Source of the DNA: Gammaproteobacteria bacterium | Lineage (GTDB): Bacteria > Pseudomonadota > Gammaproteobacteria > Thiohalomonadales > Thiohalomonadaceae | Reading direction: 5' to 3' | DNA: 29,143 nucleotides | Assembly (NCBI GenBank): GCA_015232955.1 | Contig: JADFYS010000001.1 | Span: 1 to 29,143 of the forward strand | Shown: piece by piece, positions 7,858 through 15,424 of the stretch | Layout: every line of letters starts with the position of its first letter | How positions within the stretch are numbered: the stretch's first letter is position 1 | Notes under the pieces: model-generated | The model's input: only the letters and a program-made list of their open reading frames with translations | Database searches by the model: none | What the model was told of the DNA's origin: nothing | Position numbers and translations under genes: made by a program

Positions 7858-9400
7858 GAGCTACTCCGGTAGTGATGAGCTTAACCGCAATACAATGGAG
7901 AGTGAGCTTGAGACCCTCTATCGTGTCAGCCACATCCTCGGACAGTCACTCAACTTTCACCAGACACTCTCCGGGGTGCTGCGTACTCTGAGTGAGACCG
8001 GAAATCTCGGTCACGGCATGGTGGGGCTGCTCGACGAAGAGAGTGGTGATCTTCTGGTTACCGCAGTGCATGAGGGGCAGGGTGAACAGCGACCGATCCG
8101 CTATCGGGTCGGAGAGGGGGTGGTGGGATCTATCATCGCCAGTGGCCGGTCAAAGGTGGTGCAGCGAATTGCCGATGATCCCGACTTTCTCGATCGTCTC
8201 GGGCTCTATGACTCTAGCCTGCCGTTTATCGGCGTTCCCATCCTTATCGGTGAACAGGCCGCAGGCGTCTTGGCGGCGCAACCGTCGCTGAAGATGGAGA
8301 ACCTGCAGCAGGGGGAGCGCTTCTTGCGGATGGTGGCCAATCTTATCGGGCAGAGTGTGCGTCTGGCGAAGAGGGTTGAAGATGAGCGGCTGGCGCTGAA
8401 GAGTGAACGGGACTCTCTGCGACGGGAGATTCGGGGCGAGCACGGCTTTTCGAATATGGTGGGCCATTCGCGCAGTATGCGCCTGATCTTTGATCAGGTG
8501 CGACAGGTGGCGAAATGGAACACCACCGTTTTGATTCGAGGGGAGTCGGGAACAGGTAAAGAGTTGATCGCCAACGCCATTCACTACAACTCTCCCCGTG
8601 CCAACGGTCCGTTTATCAAACTCAACAGCGCCGCACTACCCGACACCTTGCTCGAATCGGAACTCTTTGGCCATGAGAAAGGGGCGTTTACCGGCGCCTC
8701 GGGACAGCGCAAGGGCCGTTTTGAACAGGCCCATGGCGGGACCCTCTTTCTCGATGAGATCGGCGAGATCACCCCCGCATTTCAGGCAAAACTGCTGCGG
8801 GTGCTACAGGAGGGCGAATTTGAGCGGGTGGGGGGAACACGAACACAGAAGGTAGATGTACGGGTGGTGGCGGCGACCAATAAGGATCTGGAGCAAGAGG
8901 TGCAGGAGGGGAGTTTTCGTGAGGATCTCTACTACCGTCTCAATGTGATGCCAATCTACCCCCCGCCGCTGCGTGAACGAACCGAGGATATCCCCGATCT
9001 TGCCCGTTTTCTTGTCGCCAAAATAGGTCGCAATCAGGGGCGGAAACTGACCATGGAAGAGAGCGCTGTCGGCTTGCTGATGCGTTACGCCTGGCCGGGA
9101 AATGTTCGTGAACTGGAAAACTGTCTTGAGCGGGCAGCGGTGATGAGTGAAGAGGGGTTGATTAACGCCCACGCCATCCAGTTGACCGGGGTGGACGCAC
9201 AGCTCGCCCCCTCTTACGAGTTGGTCACAACCCCCGAAGTCGATTTTGATGATCCAGAACTCGATGAGCGCGAGCGGGTGATTGCAGCCCTTGAGCAGGC
9301 AGGTTGGGTCCAGGCGAAGGCGGCACGACTTCTGGGAATGACTCCGCGTCAGATCGGCTACCGAATTCAGACCCTCAATATCCAGATGCGGCGAATCTAA
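7850..9400 (+). CDS. nifA: NifA sigma54-dependent activator (GAF-AAA+-HTH); start corrected to ATG 7850
   Basis: [41 protein letters not shown] and the NifA-typical C-terminus [22 protein letters not shown]. Overlaps the nifL stop by 8 nt; GGAGGGG SD. Confidence 0.96.
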   Translation: MDKSYSGSDELNRNTMESELETLYRVSHILGQSLNFHQTLSGVLRTLSETGNLGHGMVGLLDEESGDLLVTAVHEGQGEQRPIRYRVGEGVVGSIIASGRSKVVQRIADDPDFLDRLGLYDSSLPFIGVPILIGEQAAGVLAAQPSLKMENLQQGERFLRMVANLIGQSVRLAKRVEDERLALKSERDSLRREIRGEHGFSNMVGHSRSMRLIFDQVRQVAKWNTTVLIRGESGTGKELIANAIHYNSPRANGPFIKLNSAALPDTLLESELFGHEKGAFTGASGQRKGRFEQAHGGTLFLDEIGEITPAFQAKLLRVLQEGEFERVGGTRTQKVDVRVVAATNKDLEQEVQEGSFREDLYYRLNVMPIYPPPLRERTEDIPDLARFLVAKIGRNQGRKLTMEESAVGLLMRYAWPGNVRELENCLERAAVMSEEGLINAHAIQLTGVDAQLAPSYELVTTPEVDFDDPELDERERVIAALEQAGWVQAKAARLLGMTPRQIGYRIQTLNIQMRRI

Positions 9401-9423
9401 AGTCCCGCACAGGCTTAGCGCAG

Positions 9424-9440
9424 TTCACCTGAAAGGTGAA
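9424..9440. terminator. Hairpin after nifA (possible terminator between convergent genes)
   Basis: TTCACCT-GAA-AGGTGAA perfect 7-bp inverted repeat 23 nt after the stop; no good U tract. Confidence 0.35.
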
Positions 9441-9498
9441 ACGCAAATATTGTGGATTTCATTGCATAATTATGATGTTGATGGGTATTCGTAGCGGT

Positions 9499-9518
9499 CA
9501 ACTGCGGATTTTAGGATG
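9499..9518 (+). repeat. Fragment of repeat family D
   Basis: CAACTGCGGATTTTAG (16 nt) is identical to the reverse complement of 26924-26939 and ends in TTAGGATG like copy 1. Confidence 0.55.
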
Positions 9519-9534
9519 ATGGGAGCGGTTAGCG

Positions 9535-9885
9535 TTAACCGCTCTGTGTTAGCACGCTGTCAGCGCAGATAACCGCCCCATCTATGAGGGTTAAGGCGAT
9601 TGCAGTTAGCCCCTCTCCGGCACACTCACCCGAGATACAGTGGCCATCGTCAACTGCAAATCGGGCGTAGTGGGTCTGACAGATAATCTCCCCATCCAGC
9701 ACATATCGGTAGTCGCTGCGAACCCCCAGCCCCACCCCGAAATGGGTGCAGCGATCAAGATAACCTCGCGCTTCTCCATTATCATTGACCACCAGAAGCC
9801 GGTGGCTCTGACCATCTTCGCTCTCAACGGTGAAACTGCGCCCCTCTCCCTGTGGGATAGCGTCAAGCTGACAGATAGTTACCAT
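9535..9885 (-). CDS. Rieske [2Fe-2S] ferredoxin-like protein
   Basis: CTH...CQTH (CxH/CxxH) ligands plus C-terminal GHCISGECAGEGL; 116 aa; convergent with nifA. Confidence 0.88.
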   Translation of the reverse strand: MVTICQLDAIPQGEGRSFTVESEDGQSHRLLVVNDNGEARGYLDRCTHFGVGLGVRSDYRYVLDGEIICQTHYARFAVDDGHCISGECAGEGLTAIALTLIDGAVICADSVLTQSG

Positions 9886-9999
9886 TCAATTTCTTCCCTA
9901 TTTCAGAACTAAAACCGTAGTTGGCGCCCCCTTTCCCTATCCAAAGGTCATTAAGGTTGCGAACAAACCCCTTCGCAGACACCAGTTTCATGCCATTGC

Positions 10000-10497
10000 T
10001 CACCTTCCACCACAACATTTTTTGAATTTACGGCCACTTCCACACGGGCACGGTTGATTGCGACCCACTTTGACATTGGTTGCCGTTGGCGTGGTCAGAG
10101 ACTCACCATCCACATAGAACCACTCCCCTTCCTGTTGTAAAAAGCGGCTCCGTTCACACATCTCACCCTGCTCCCCCTGCTGGCGATAACTGGCACAGAA
10201 GGTCACCTCGGAGTGGAAAGCTGCACCTCCGCCGTCGCTGCAGTCGAGCACCCTGAGTTCAGTCCAGCTTAGATCATTCGCATCCAATTTCAGTGAGGAG
10301 GGTCGGGTCGATGGGTGCCAGCTCTTGAGAATATAGCTGGGATAGTCCAGCACATAGGCGCTGTAACGGCTGCGCATCAGCTGCTCAGCGGTGGTCGCTC
10401 TCCAGTTGCCTTCTATAATGGGGAGACAACAGAAAGAGAGTAACTCCCCAGAACCGCAGGGACAGGGGTTTTCTGCCGTGGTGTCAGGTTGTGTCAA
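10000..10497 (-). CDS. ychJ: YchJ family protein with N- and C-terminal SEC-C zinc motifs
   Basis: [31 protein letters not shown]...[27 protein letters not shown]; TTG start with GGAGGAG SD. Confidence 0.9.
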   Translation of the reverse strand: MTQPDTTAENPCPCGSGELLSFCCLPIIEGNWRATTAEQLMRSRYSAYVLDYPSYILKSWHPSTRPSSLKLDANDLSWTELRVLDCSDGGGAAFHSEVTFCASYRQQGEQGEMCERSRFLQQEGEWFYVDGESLTTPTATNVKVGRNQPCPCGSGRKFKKCCGGR

Positions 10498-10554
10498 TGG
10501 TGATGCTCCTCCCTCTATTTACATTGTATATCGAAGACAGTTGGAAACAGTGGA

Positions 10555-10620
10555 TTTCAGGGCAATGCTATTAAGATAGTGACTGCGAAGGGAGATCCCC
10601 ACCCTTTGATTTTGGGTATA
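10555..10620 (+). mobile_element. Nested MITE relic: internally deleted IS4-like MITE inside a TACCC-family end
   Basis: 10563-10605 is the left end of the 15253 element (CAATGCTATTAAGATAGTGACTGCGAAGG) fused to its right subterminal GAGATCCCCACCCT. Flanks TTTCAGG and TGATTTTGGGTATA rejoin to a TACCC-family terminus. Confidence 0.65.
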
Positions 10621-10661
10621 CCGTGAAGACACTGTTCTAGTCACAAGCCTTCACTCACTTA

Positions 10662-10754
10662 GTAACCGTTTAGTCCCCCTTCCTTAAATCTCCCTCTCCC
10701 ATTGGGAGAGGGTCGGGGTGAGGGCTAAAACAGGCTAGGGGAGTGAATGGTTAC
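10662..10754. mobile_element. 93-bp IS66-like MITE with internal REP-like hairpin (copy 1)
   Basis: TIRs GTAACCGTTTAGTCCCC / GGGGAGTGAATGGTTAC; perfect 8-bp TSD CTCACTTA (10654-10661, 10755-10762); 88/93 identical to 26815-26907. GTAA ends with an 8-bp TSD are IS66 hallmarks. Confidence 0.85.
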
Positions 10755-10755
10755 C

Positions 10756-12900
10756 TCACTTACTACGGTACTGATACACCCCGTCAAAATGGGTAGGTGG
10801 ATATTGTAGCAGCTCTTGGCAACGCTCGAGGTAGAGCTGGTAGAGTGGCTCTGGCCTCTGCTCCTGTATCTGCTGAAACCGCTCCTGCGCCTCTTGAAAC
10901 GCCCCCTGTTGATAGCAGGAGAGGGCCTGTCCGTACGCCTCGGCCTCTGCTGCTGCGGGGGGTGCCTCCAGCACCTGATAGATGGTTACAGGCTGCTGCT
11001 TCCCTTTCACCTGGATCCGATCCAGCTCCCGTAGCGGATAGCTCCGCTGTAGCCGCTCCCGTGTCTCTTCGGTGATAATAATTCGCGCCCCGTAGCGCTT
11101 GCACATCCCCTCCACTCGTGAGGCGAGATTGACTGCATCGCCGATGATGGTGTAGTCGGAGCGGCCGCTTGAACCCATCTCGCCTACAATGACCTCGCCG
11201 CTGTGAATACCGATCCCAATGTCGATGGTCACCCCAAACTGCTGTTGAAGAAGGCGGTTGACCTGCGGCAGGAGACGAAGCTGCTCCAGCGCAGTGGTGA
11301 CAGCGCTATCCGCGTGATCCGTCACCCGGTTGGGGGCGTTCCAGTAGGCCATTATCGCATCGCCAATCATCTTGTCCACCGTCCCCTGACTGTCGATGAC
11401 ACTGTCAACCATCGGCGTCATATAGAGGTTTAAGAGCGCAATCACCCGCTCGGGATCAGCGATCTCCTCGCAGAGGGTGGTGAAGTTACGCACATCGGAG
11501 AAGAAGATGGTGACCTCACCACGGTGTCCGATTAGGCGTTCGCTACCGCCATGTTTGAGAATATCCTCTACCACTGTCGCTGAGACCTTTCGCGCAAAAT
11601 TGGCCCGAATCATCTTCCGCCGACAGCTTTCGATGTAAAGATTGAGCAGCGCCGAAGAGGTGGTCATCCCGATAAGCAGCAGCAGGGGAAAGAGGAGGTT
11701 CACCACCAGCCGCTGCTCTAGCAGCACCATCTGCGCCACGGTATAGAACAGCCAGACGCAGCCAGCCACCACCGCCACCATCAACCACGCCGGTAGAAAC
11801 GGATAGAGTAGCGCCAGCAGCAGCCCGAAAGTCACCATTGTCACCACCTCTGCCCCGGTTAACCAGTCAGGGCGCTGCAGCTCTCTGCCATCGAGGAGGT
11901 TCTGCAGGGCGGTGGCATGAATCTCCACCCCCGGCATCGCCTTGTCAAAGGGTGTGGGACGGAGATCCACCAACCCGGTGGCGGTGGCACCGATAAGAAC
12001 AGTTCTCCCCGCCACCTCTTCGGGATCGAACCTGCCGCTGTAGATTGCAGCGGCACTGAGGTAGGGGAAGGTGTGGCCCGGGCCGTGGTAGTTGAGGTGA
12101 AGTAGTCCCCGATTATCGGTGGCGATACGCCGCGCCCCGATATCGATGGCGGTGATGCCGCTCGGCTGATGATCGATTTTTGGGATTTCGCCACCCTGCA
12201 GTAGTCGATAAAGCTCTAGCGCAATGGAGGGATAGAGCGCTCCTTTGTACTCCAGCAGCAGCGGAAGCTGGCGAATATCGCCACTGGCGGTGGGTAGGTA
12301 GTTCAAAAAACCGGCACTAATCGCCGCCTGTTGTAGCATAGGGAGGTTGGTCACTGCACCTGAGGCGGTGTGAAACCACTGCTCCTCTGCCTGCCAGCCG
12401 GGGGTTACACCTACGCTTCCCAAAAGGTGATCTACCACAGCCGTATCTTGCTGTTGATTCATCGTCAGAGCGTACCCCAGCACCACCGGTGTCGCGGCGA
12501 TGGTCTCTGCGAGGATGGCGTCATAGTCAGGGAGTCGTTCTGCAGAGAGACCAAATCGTGCCGCTATCGCTCCGGGTGAGGTGCGATCCGCCTCGGCAAA
12601 GATGATATCGATCCCGATCACCAGCGCACCGGCGCGATCAAGATTGGCGAGGATACGGGCGATCTTATGGCGCTCCCACGGCCACTGTCCCAACGCTTGC
12701 AGACTCGGTTCATCGACCGCGACGATAACCACCTCACCTCCCGGTGGCCGCAGACCGCGATCGCGCAGCAGTAGGTCCTGCAGCTGATTATCCAGCGGTT
12801 GCCACGCCCCGGGAAAAAGGAGGTAAAACGGGATCAAGAGCGAGAGGAGAAGAGTCCCCAGCGCAAGGTGTGGCGAAATCCGAGAGATGATTGTATTCAT
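10756..12900 (-). CDS. CHASE2-domain class III adenylate cyclase (TM-CHASE2-3TM-cyclase-TPR-like tail)
   Basis: CHASE2 motifs (VVIVAVDE.SL..LGQWPW.R, IGIDIIFAE.DR, LIGATA.GL.D...TP...MPGVEIHA), three TMs, then FFSDVRNFT, DKMIGDAIMAYWNAP and DYTIIGDAVNLASRVE (Lys/Thr ATP-specifying residues). Confidence 0.93.
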   Translation of the reverse strand: MNTIISRISPHLALGTLLLSLLIPFYLLFPGAWQPLDNQLQDLLLRDRGLRPPGGEVVIVAVDEPSLQALGQWPWERHKIARILANLDRAGALVIGIDIIFAEADRTSPGAIAARFGLSAERLPDYDAILAETIAATPVVLGYALTMNQQQDTAVVDHLLGSVGVTPGWQAEEQWFHTASGAVTNLPMLQQAAISAGFLNYLPTASGDIRQLPLLLEYKGALYPSIALELYRLLQGGEIPKIDHQPSGITAIDIGARRIATDNRGLLHLNYHGPGHTFPYLSAAAIYSGRFDPEEVAGRTVLIGATATGLVDLRPTPFDKAMPGVEIHATALQNLLDGRELQRPDWLTGAEVVTMVTFGLLLALLYPFLPAWLMVAVVAGCVWLFYTVAQMVLLEQRLVVNLLFPLLLLIGMTTSSALLNLYIESCRRKMIRANFARKVSATVVEDILKHGGSERLIGHRGEVTIFFSDVRNFTTLCEEIADPERVIALLNLYMTPMVDSVIDSQGTVDKMIGDAIMAYWNAPNRVTDHADSAVTTALEQLRLLPQVNRLLQQQFGVTIDIGIGIHSGEVIVGEMGSSGRSDYTIIGDAVNLASRVEGMCKRYGARIIITEETRERLQRSYPLRELDRIQVKGKQQPVTIYQVLEAPPAAAEAEAYGQALSCYQQGAFQEAQERFQQIQEQRPEPLYQLYLERCQELLQYPPTHFDGVYQYRSK

Positions 12901-12982
12901 AACGGAGGTGGATTATATTCTTTGGGGTATGTTGAGCCGAACCGTAATTCGTCATAGTACCCCACCCTCTACCCCAGCCCCA

Positions 12983-13921
12983 ATGGGTCGCTCTCTCTTT
13001 TCTCGACTGATCACCTTCTTTCTCTGCACCCTGCTGGTAATCTCTCCCCCGTCGCTGGCCAAGGTGGCTGTTAATCTCAGTGTCGAAAGCCGATATGAGG
13101 AGAATATCGCACGCGTCGCAAGCCCTACCACGGCTCTCTCTGACCAGATTCTCCAAACCAAAATCGGTGTCGGCTCATTGTGGATCCGCGGCAACCACAG
13201 CGGGTTCAACCTCAGCGCTAGCGCCAGCTACCTTGACCATCTTCGCTACGGTGGTTTGGATCACCTTCTGTTTGAGACGAGCCTGCGTTGGCGCTTCAAA
13301 CCAGATCTCGCCTTTAGCGCACCTTGGTATGGGGTTCGCTTTAGCCTGTCGCACCACAACTACCCCGGATCAGAGCTTCGTGATGGGAACGGTTATGACC
13401 TTGAGGCGAGTGGTGGCAAGCGGCTGAGTGACCGCATTCTCATTCGGGTGGGGGTCGGTCACAGCCGATTTGTGCCGAATGATGGCGCAGGGGTAGAGCG
13501 ATCCTGGCTCGGGAGTACCCAAAGCAGCTCCGTCTTTAAGACCGAGACCAGCCGCATCTTCGCCGGCCTCGACTACCGCCTCTGGAAAGCGACCCTCTAC
13601 AGCCAGCTCACTTATCAGAGAGGGGATCTTCTCTCTGCCATGGGGTACGCCTCACCCTCTGTATGGGGTAACCCGGTAACTCTAAGTGGGTTGGAGCAGA
13701 CATTAGGCCACTCTCAGGCCTACTTTGCTGACGATGCGCTTCCGTTGGTGATCTATCGTCTCGATGGCTCTGCCCACATTGCCGATGTCGGGTTCAACTA
13801 CCCCGTTAACCGCTATCTCGCCCTTGATCTCATGCTGCGGGTAGTGGAGAGTAGCGCCGAAAACGATATGGACTACAGCAACCGCTCCGCCCATCTTGGT
13901 CTCTTCTACCGCTGGAAATAG
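12983..13921 (+). CDS. Putative outer-membrane beta-barrel protein (start uncertain: 12929 or 12983)
   Basis: Signal-peptide-like N-terminus (RSLFSRLITFFLCTLLVISPPSLA), many alternating hydrophobic/aromatic strands, and a C-terminal beta-signal-like HLGLFYRWK. Confidence 0.6.
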   Translation: MGRSLFSRLITFFLCTLLVISPPSLAKVAVNLSVESRYEENIARVASPTTALSDQILQTKIGVGSLWIRGNHSGFNLSASASYLDHLRYGGLDHLLFETSLRWRFKPDLAFSAPWYGVRFSLSHHNYPGSELRDGNGYDLEASGGKRLSDRILIRVGVGHSRFVPNDGAGVERSWLGSTQSSSVFKTETSRIFAGLDYRLWKATLYSQLTYQRGDLLSAMGYASPSVWGNPVTLSGLEQTLGHSQAYFADDALPLVIYRLDGSAHIADVGFNYPVNRYLALDLMLRVVESSAENDMDYSNRSAHLGLFYRWK

Positions 13922-13930
13922 GAGCCATTT

Positions 13931-14716
13931 GTGACCAGCCTTGACCCCAGAAGAAGAGTCCTGCTTCGTGCACTGGCCGCCGGACTCACCCTCGCCGGCG
14001 GCGGTTTCCGTCTTACTCACGCTGAGGAGACCCTTTTCGGTGGTGTCCCTCACCCCCTCTCTGCCGGCAAGAGCCTCTACCGTATTCGGGGAGAGGTCAG
14101 AGTGAACGACAAGATTGCAGACGAATCCACCCGCATCAGGGCCAATGACACCATCACCACAGAGGATGACAGTGAGGCGATTTTTGTCGTCGGTCAAGAC
14201 GCCTTCTTTCTCCGTCAGAAGAGCGAACTCCAGCTCACAGGACGGGAGAAGCTGCAGGCCCGACTCCGCCAGCGCCCCCTCTCATCCCCACCCACTCCGA
14301 CCACTGAGGCGGACGATTCAGGCGTGGTGGAGTCATTCAGGCTGGTTACCGGTGGTCTGCTCACCGTTTTTGGCAAGAGTGATCACAAGGCGAGCACGAG
14401 CACTGCCACTGTCGGTATTCGTGGCACCGGGGTCTATTTTGAGTCCGAGCCTCACCGCAGCTATGTCTGCACCTGTTACGGCACAACCTTAATCAGCGCC
14501 AGCGATGACCCCGCTTCCAGCGTCAAAGTCAAATCACAACACCACGACGCTGCAAAATATATCTATCGCGGTGATGACTATCAGGCGCGAATTACCGCTG
14601 CTCCTTTTAAAAATCACGAGGATCTCGAGTTAATGATCCTCGAGGCACTGGTTGGGCGGACCCCCCCCTTTGCTGTAGCGGGTGAAGCCTACGGCGCCCC
14701 ACGCCGAGAGTATTAG
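13931..14716 (+). CDS. Tat-signal, FecR-domain-like periplasmic protein with CxC/HH/H motif
   Basis: GTG start with AGGAG SD; RRRVLL twin-arginine motif plus h-region and THA cleavage site. G.VRVN...I...DTITT...SEA.F..G and T.TATVGIRGT are FecR-like. YVCTCYG, QHHD and KNHED follow. Confidence 0.7.
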   Translation: MTSLDPRRRVLLRALAAGLTLAGGGFRLTHAEETLFGGVPHPLSAGKSLYRIRGEVRVNDKIADESTRIRANDTITTEDDSEAIFVVGQDAFFLRQKSELQLTGREKLQARLRQRPLSSPPTPTTEADDSGVVESFRLVTGGLLTVFGKSDHKASTSTATVGIRGTGVYFESEPHRSYVCTCYGTTLISASDDPASSVKVKSQHHDAAKYIYRGDDYQARITAAPFKNHEDLELMILEALVGRTPPFAVAGEAYGAPRREY

Positions 14717-14837
14717 AGGCAGATTGCGATGTCGAGCGACACCTTCTACCTCGTTCTCCTCTCTATCTTGATAAAGAGGGGAGAGAGACCCACCTAATGG
14801 CTCCAACCATTTTTTACGATAGAGTCGAGGTATCACT

Positions 14838-15161
14838 ATGGATCCACTAGCAAGAATTAAAGCTCAGGTCGAGGGCAATCCAGTTGTCATCTACATGAAG
14901 GGGACGCCTCAGTTTCCCAGTTGTGGTTATTCGAGTCGCGCCTCGCAGGCGCTGCAGCAGTGCGGAGTCCCTTTTGCGCACTTCAATGTCTTAGCTGATC
15001 AAGAGATCTATGAGAACCTTCCCAATTACGCCGACTGGCCCACATTTCCCCAGATCTATGTCAAAGGGGAGCTGATAGGCGGTCACGACATTGTGATGGA
15101 ACTCTTCCAAAAAGGGGAGTTAAAACCAATGCTTGAGGCTGCGGTTGCAGCCTCGGACTGA
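14838..15161 (+). CDS. grxD: Monothiol glutaredoxin Grx4/GrxD family
   Basis: YMKGTPQFPSCGYS, WPTFPQIYVKGELIGG; 107 aa; GAGG SD. Confidence 0.9.
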   Translation: MDPLARIKAQVEGNPVVIYMKGTPQFPSCGYSSRASQALQQCGVPFAHFNVLADQEIYENLPNYADWPTFPQIYVKGELIGGHDIVMELFQKGELKPMLEAAVAASD

Positions 15162-15202
15162 TATTTGTTGACAGAATCACCAGGACTTTCTCTGGCAGCA
15201 GA

Positions 15203-15230
15203 GGAACTGTCTCTGACGGTTACTGTCTCA
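15203..15230 (+). promoter_or_regulatory. Putative ECF (sigmaE-type) promoter of msrAB
   Basis: GGAACT-N16-GTCTCA matches the GGAAC(T)-N16/17-GTCnnA pattern. Confidence 0.5.
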
Positions 15231-15252
15231 TCACTTTAGGGTGGATGTGAGG

Positions 15253-15407
15253 CAATGCTGTTAAGTTAGTGGACTGCGAAGGGATCTCCGCTACCCGATT
15301 GACGGGTGTCGATGGCATGGACGCCATCGTCAAGCCCCCATGGACGGGTTTACGGCGTCCCGCCAATCGGGTAGCGGAGATCCCCACCCTTAAACTTAAT
15401 GACATTG
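15253..15407. mobile_element. 155-bp IS4-family (IS4 subgroup-like) MITE
   Basis: TIRs CAATGCTGTTAAGTT / AACTTAATGACATTG; perfect 10-bp TSD GGATGTGAGG (15243-15252, 15408-15417); internal 21-bp perfect inverted repeat enclosing two hairpins. Confidence 0.88.
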
Positions 15408-15424
15408 GGATGTGAGGCGGTGCA

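Noticed and set aside
9980-9996. Possible sigma54 promoter for the Rieske gene (TGGCAT-GAAAC-TGGT)
   Set aside because: -12 element lacks GC/TTGC and no NifA site is upstream.
12900-12940. TATAAT 11 nt upstream of the cyclase ATG (near-leaderless) and a strong GGAGGT on the plus strand
   Set aside because: No supporting -35 or extended -10; the plus-strand SD is 19 nt from the nearest in-frame ATG. Too ambiguous to call.
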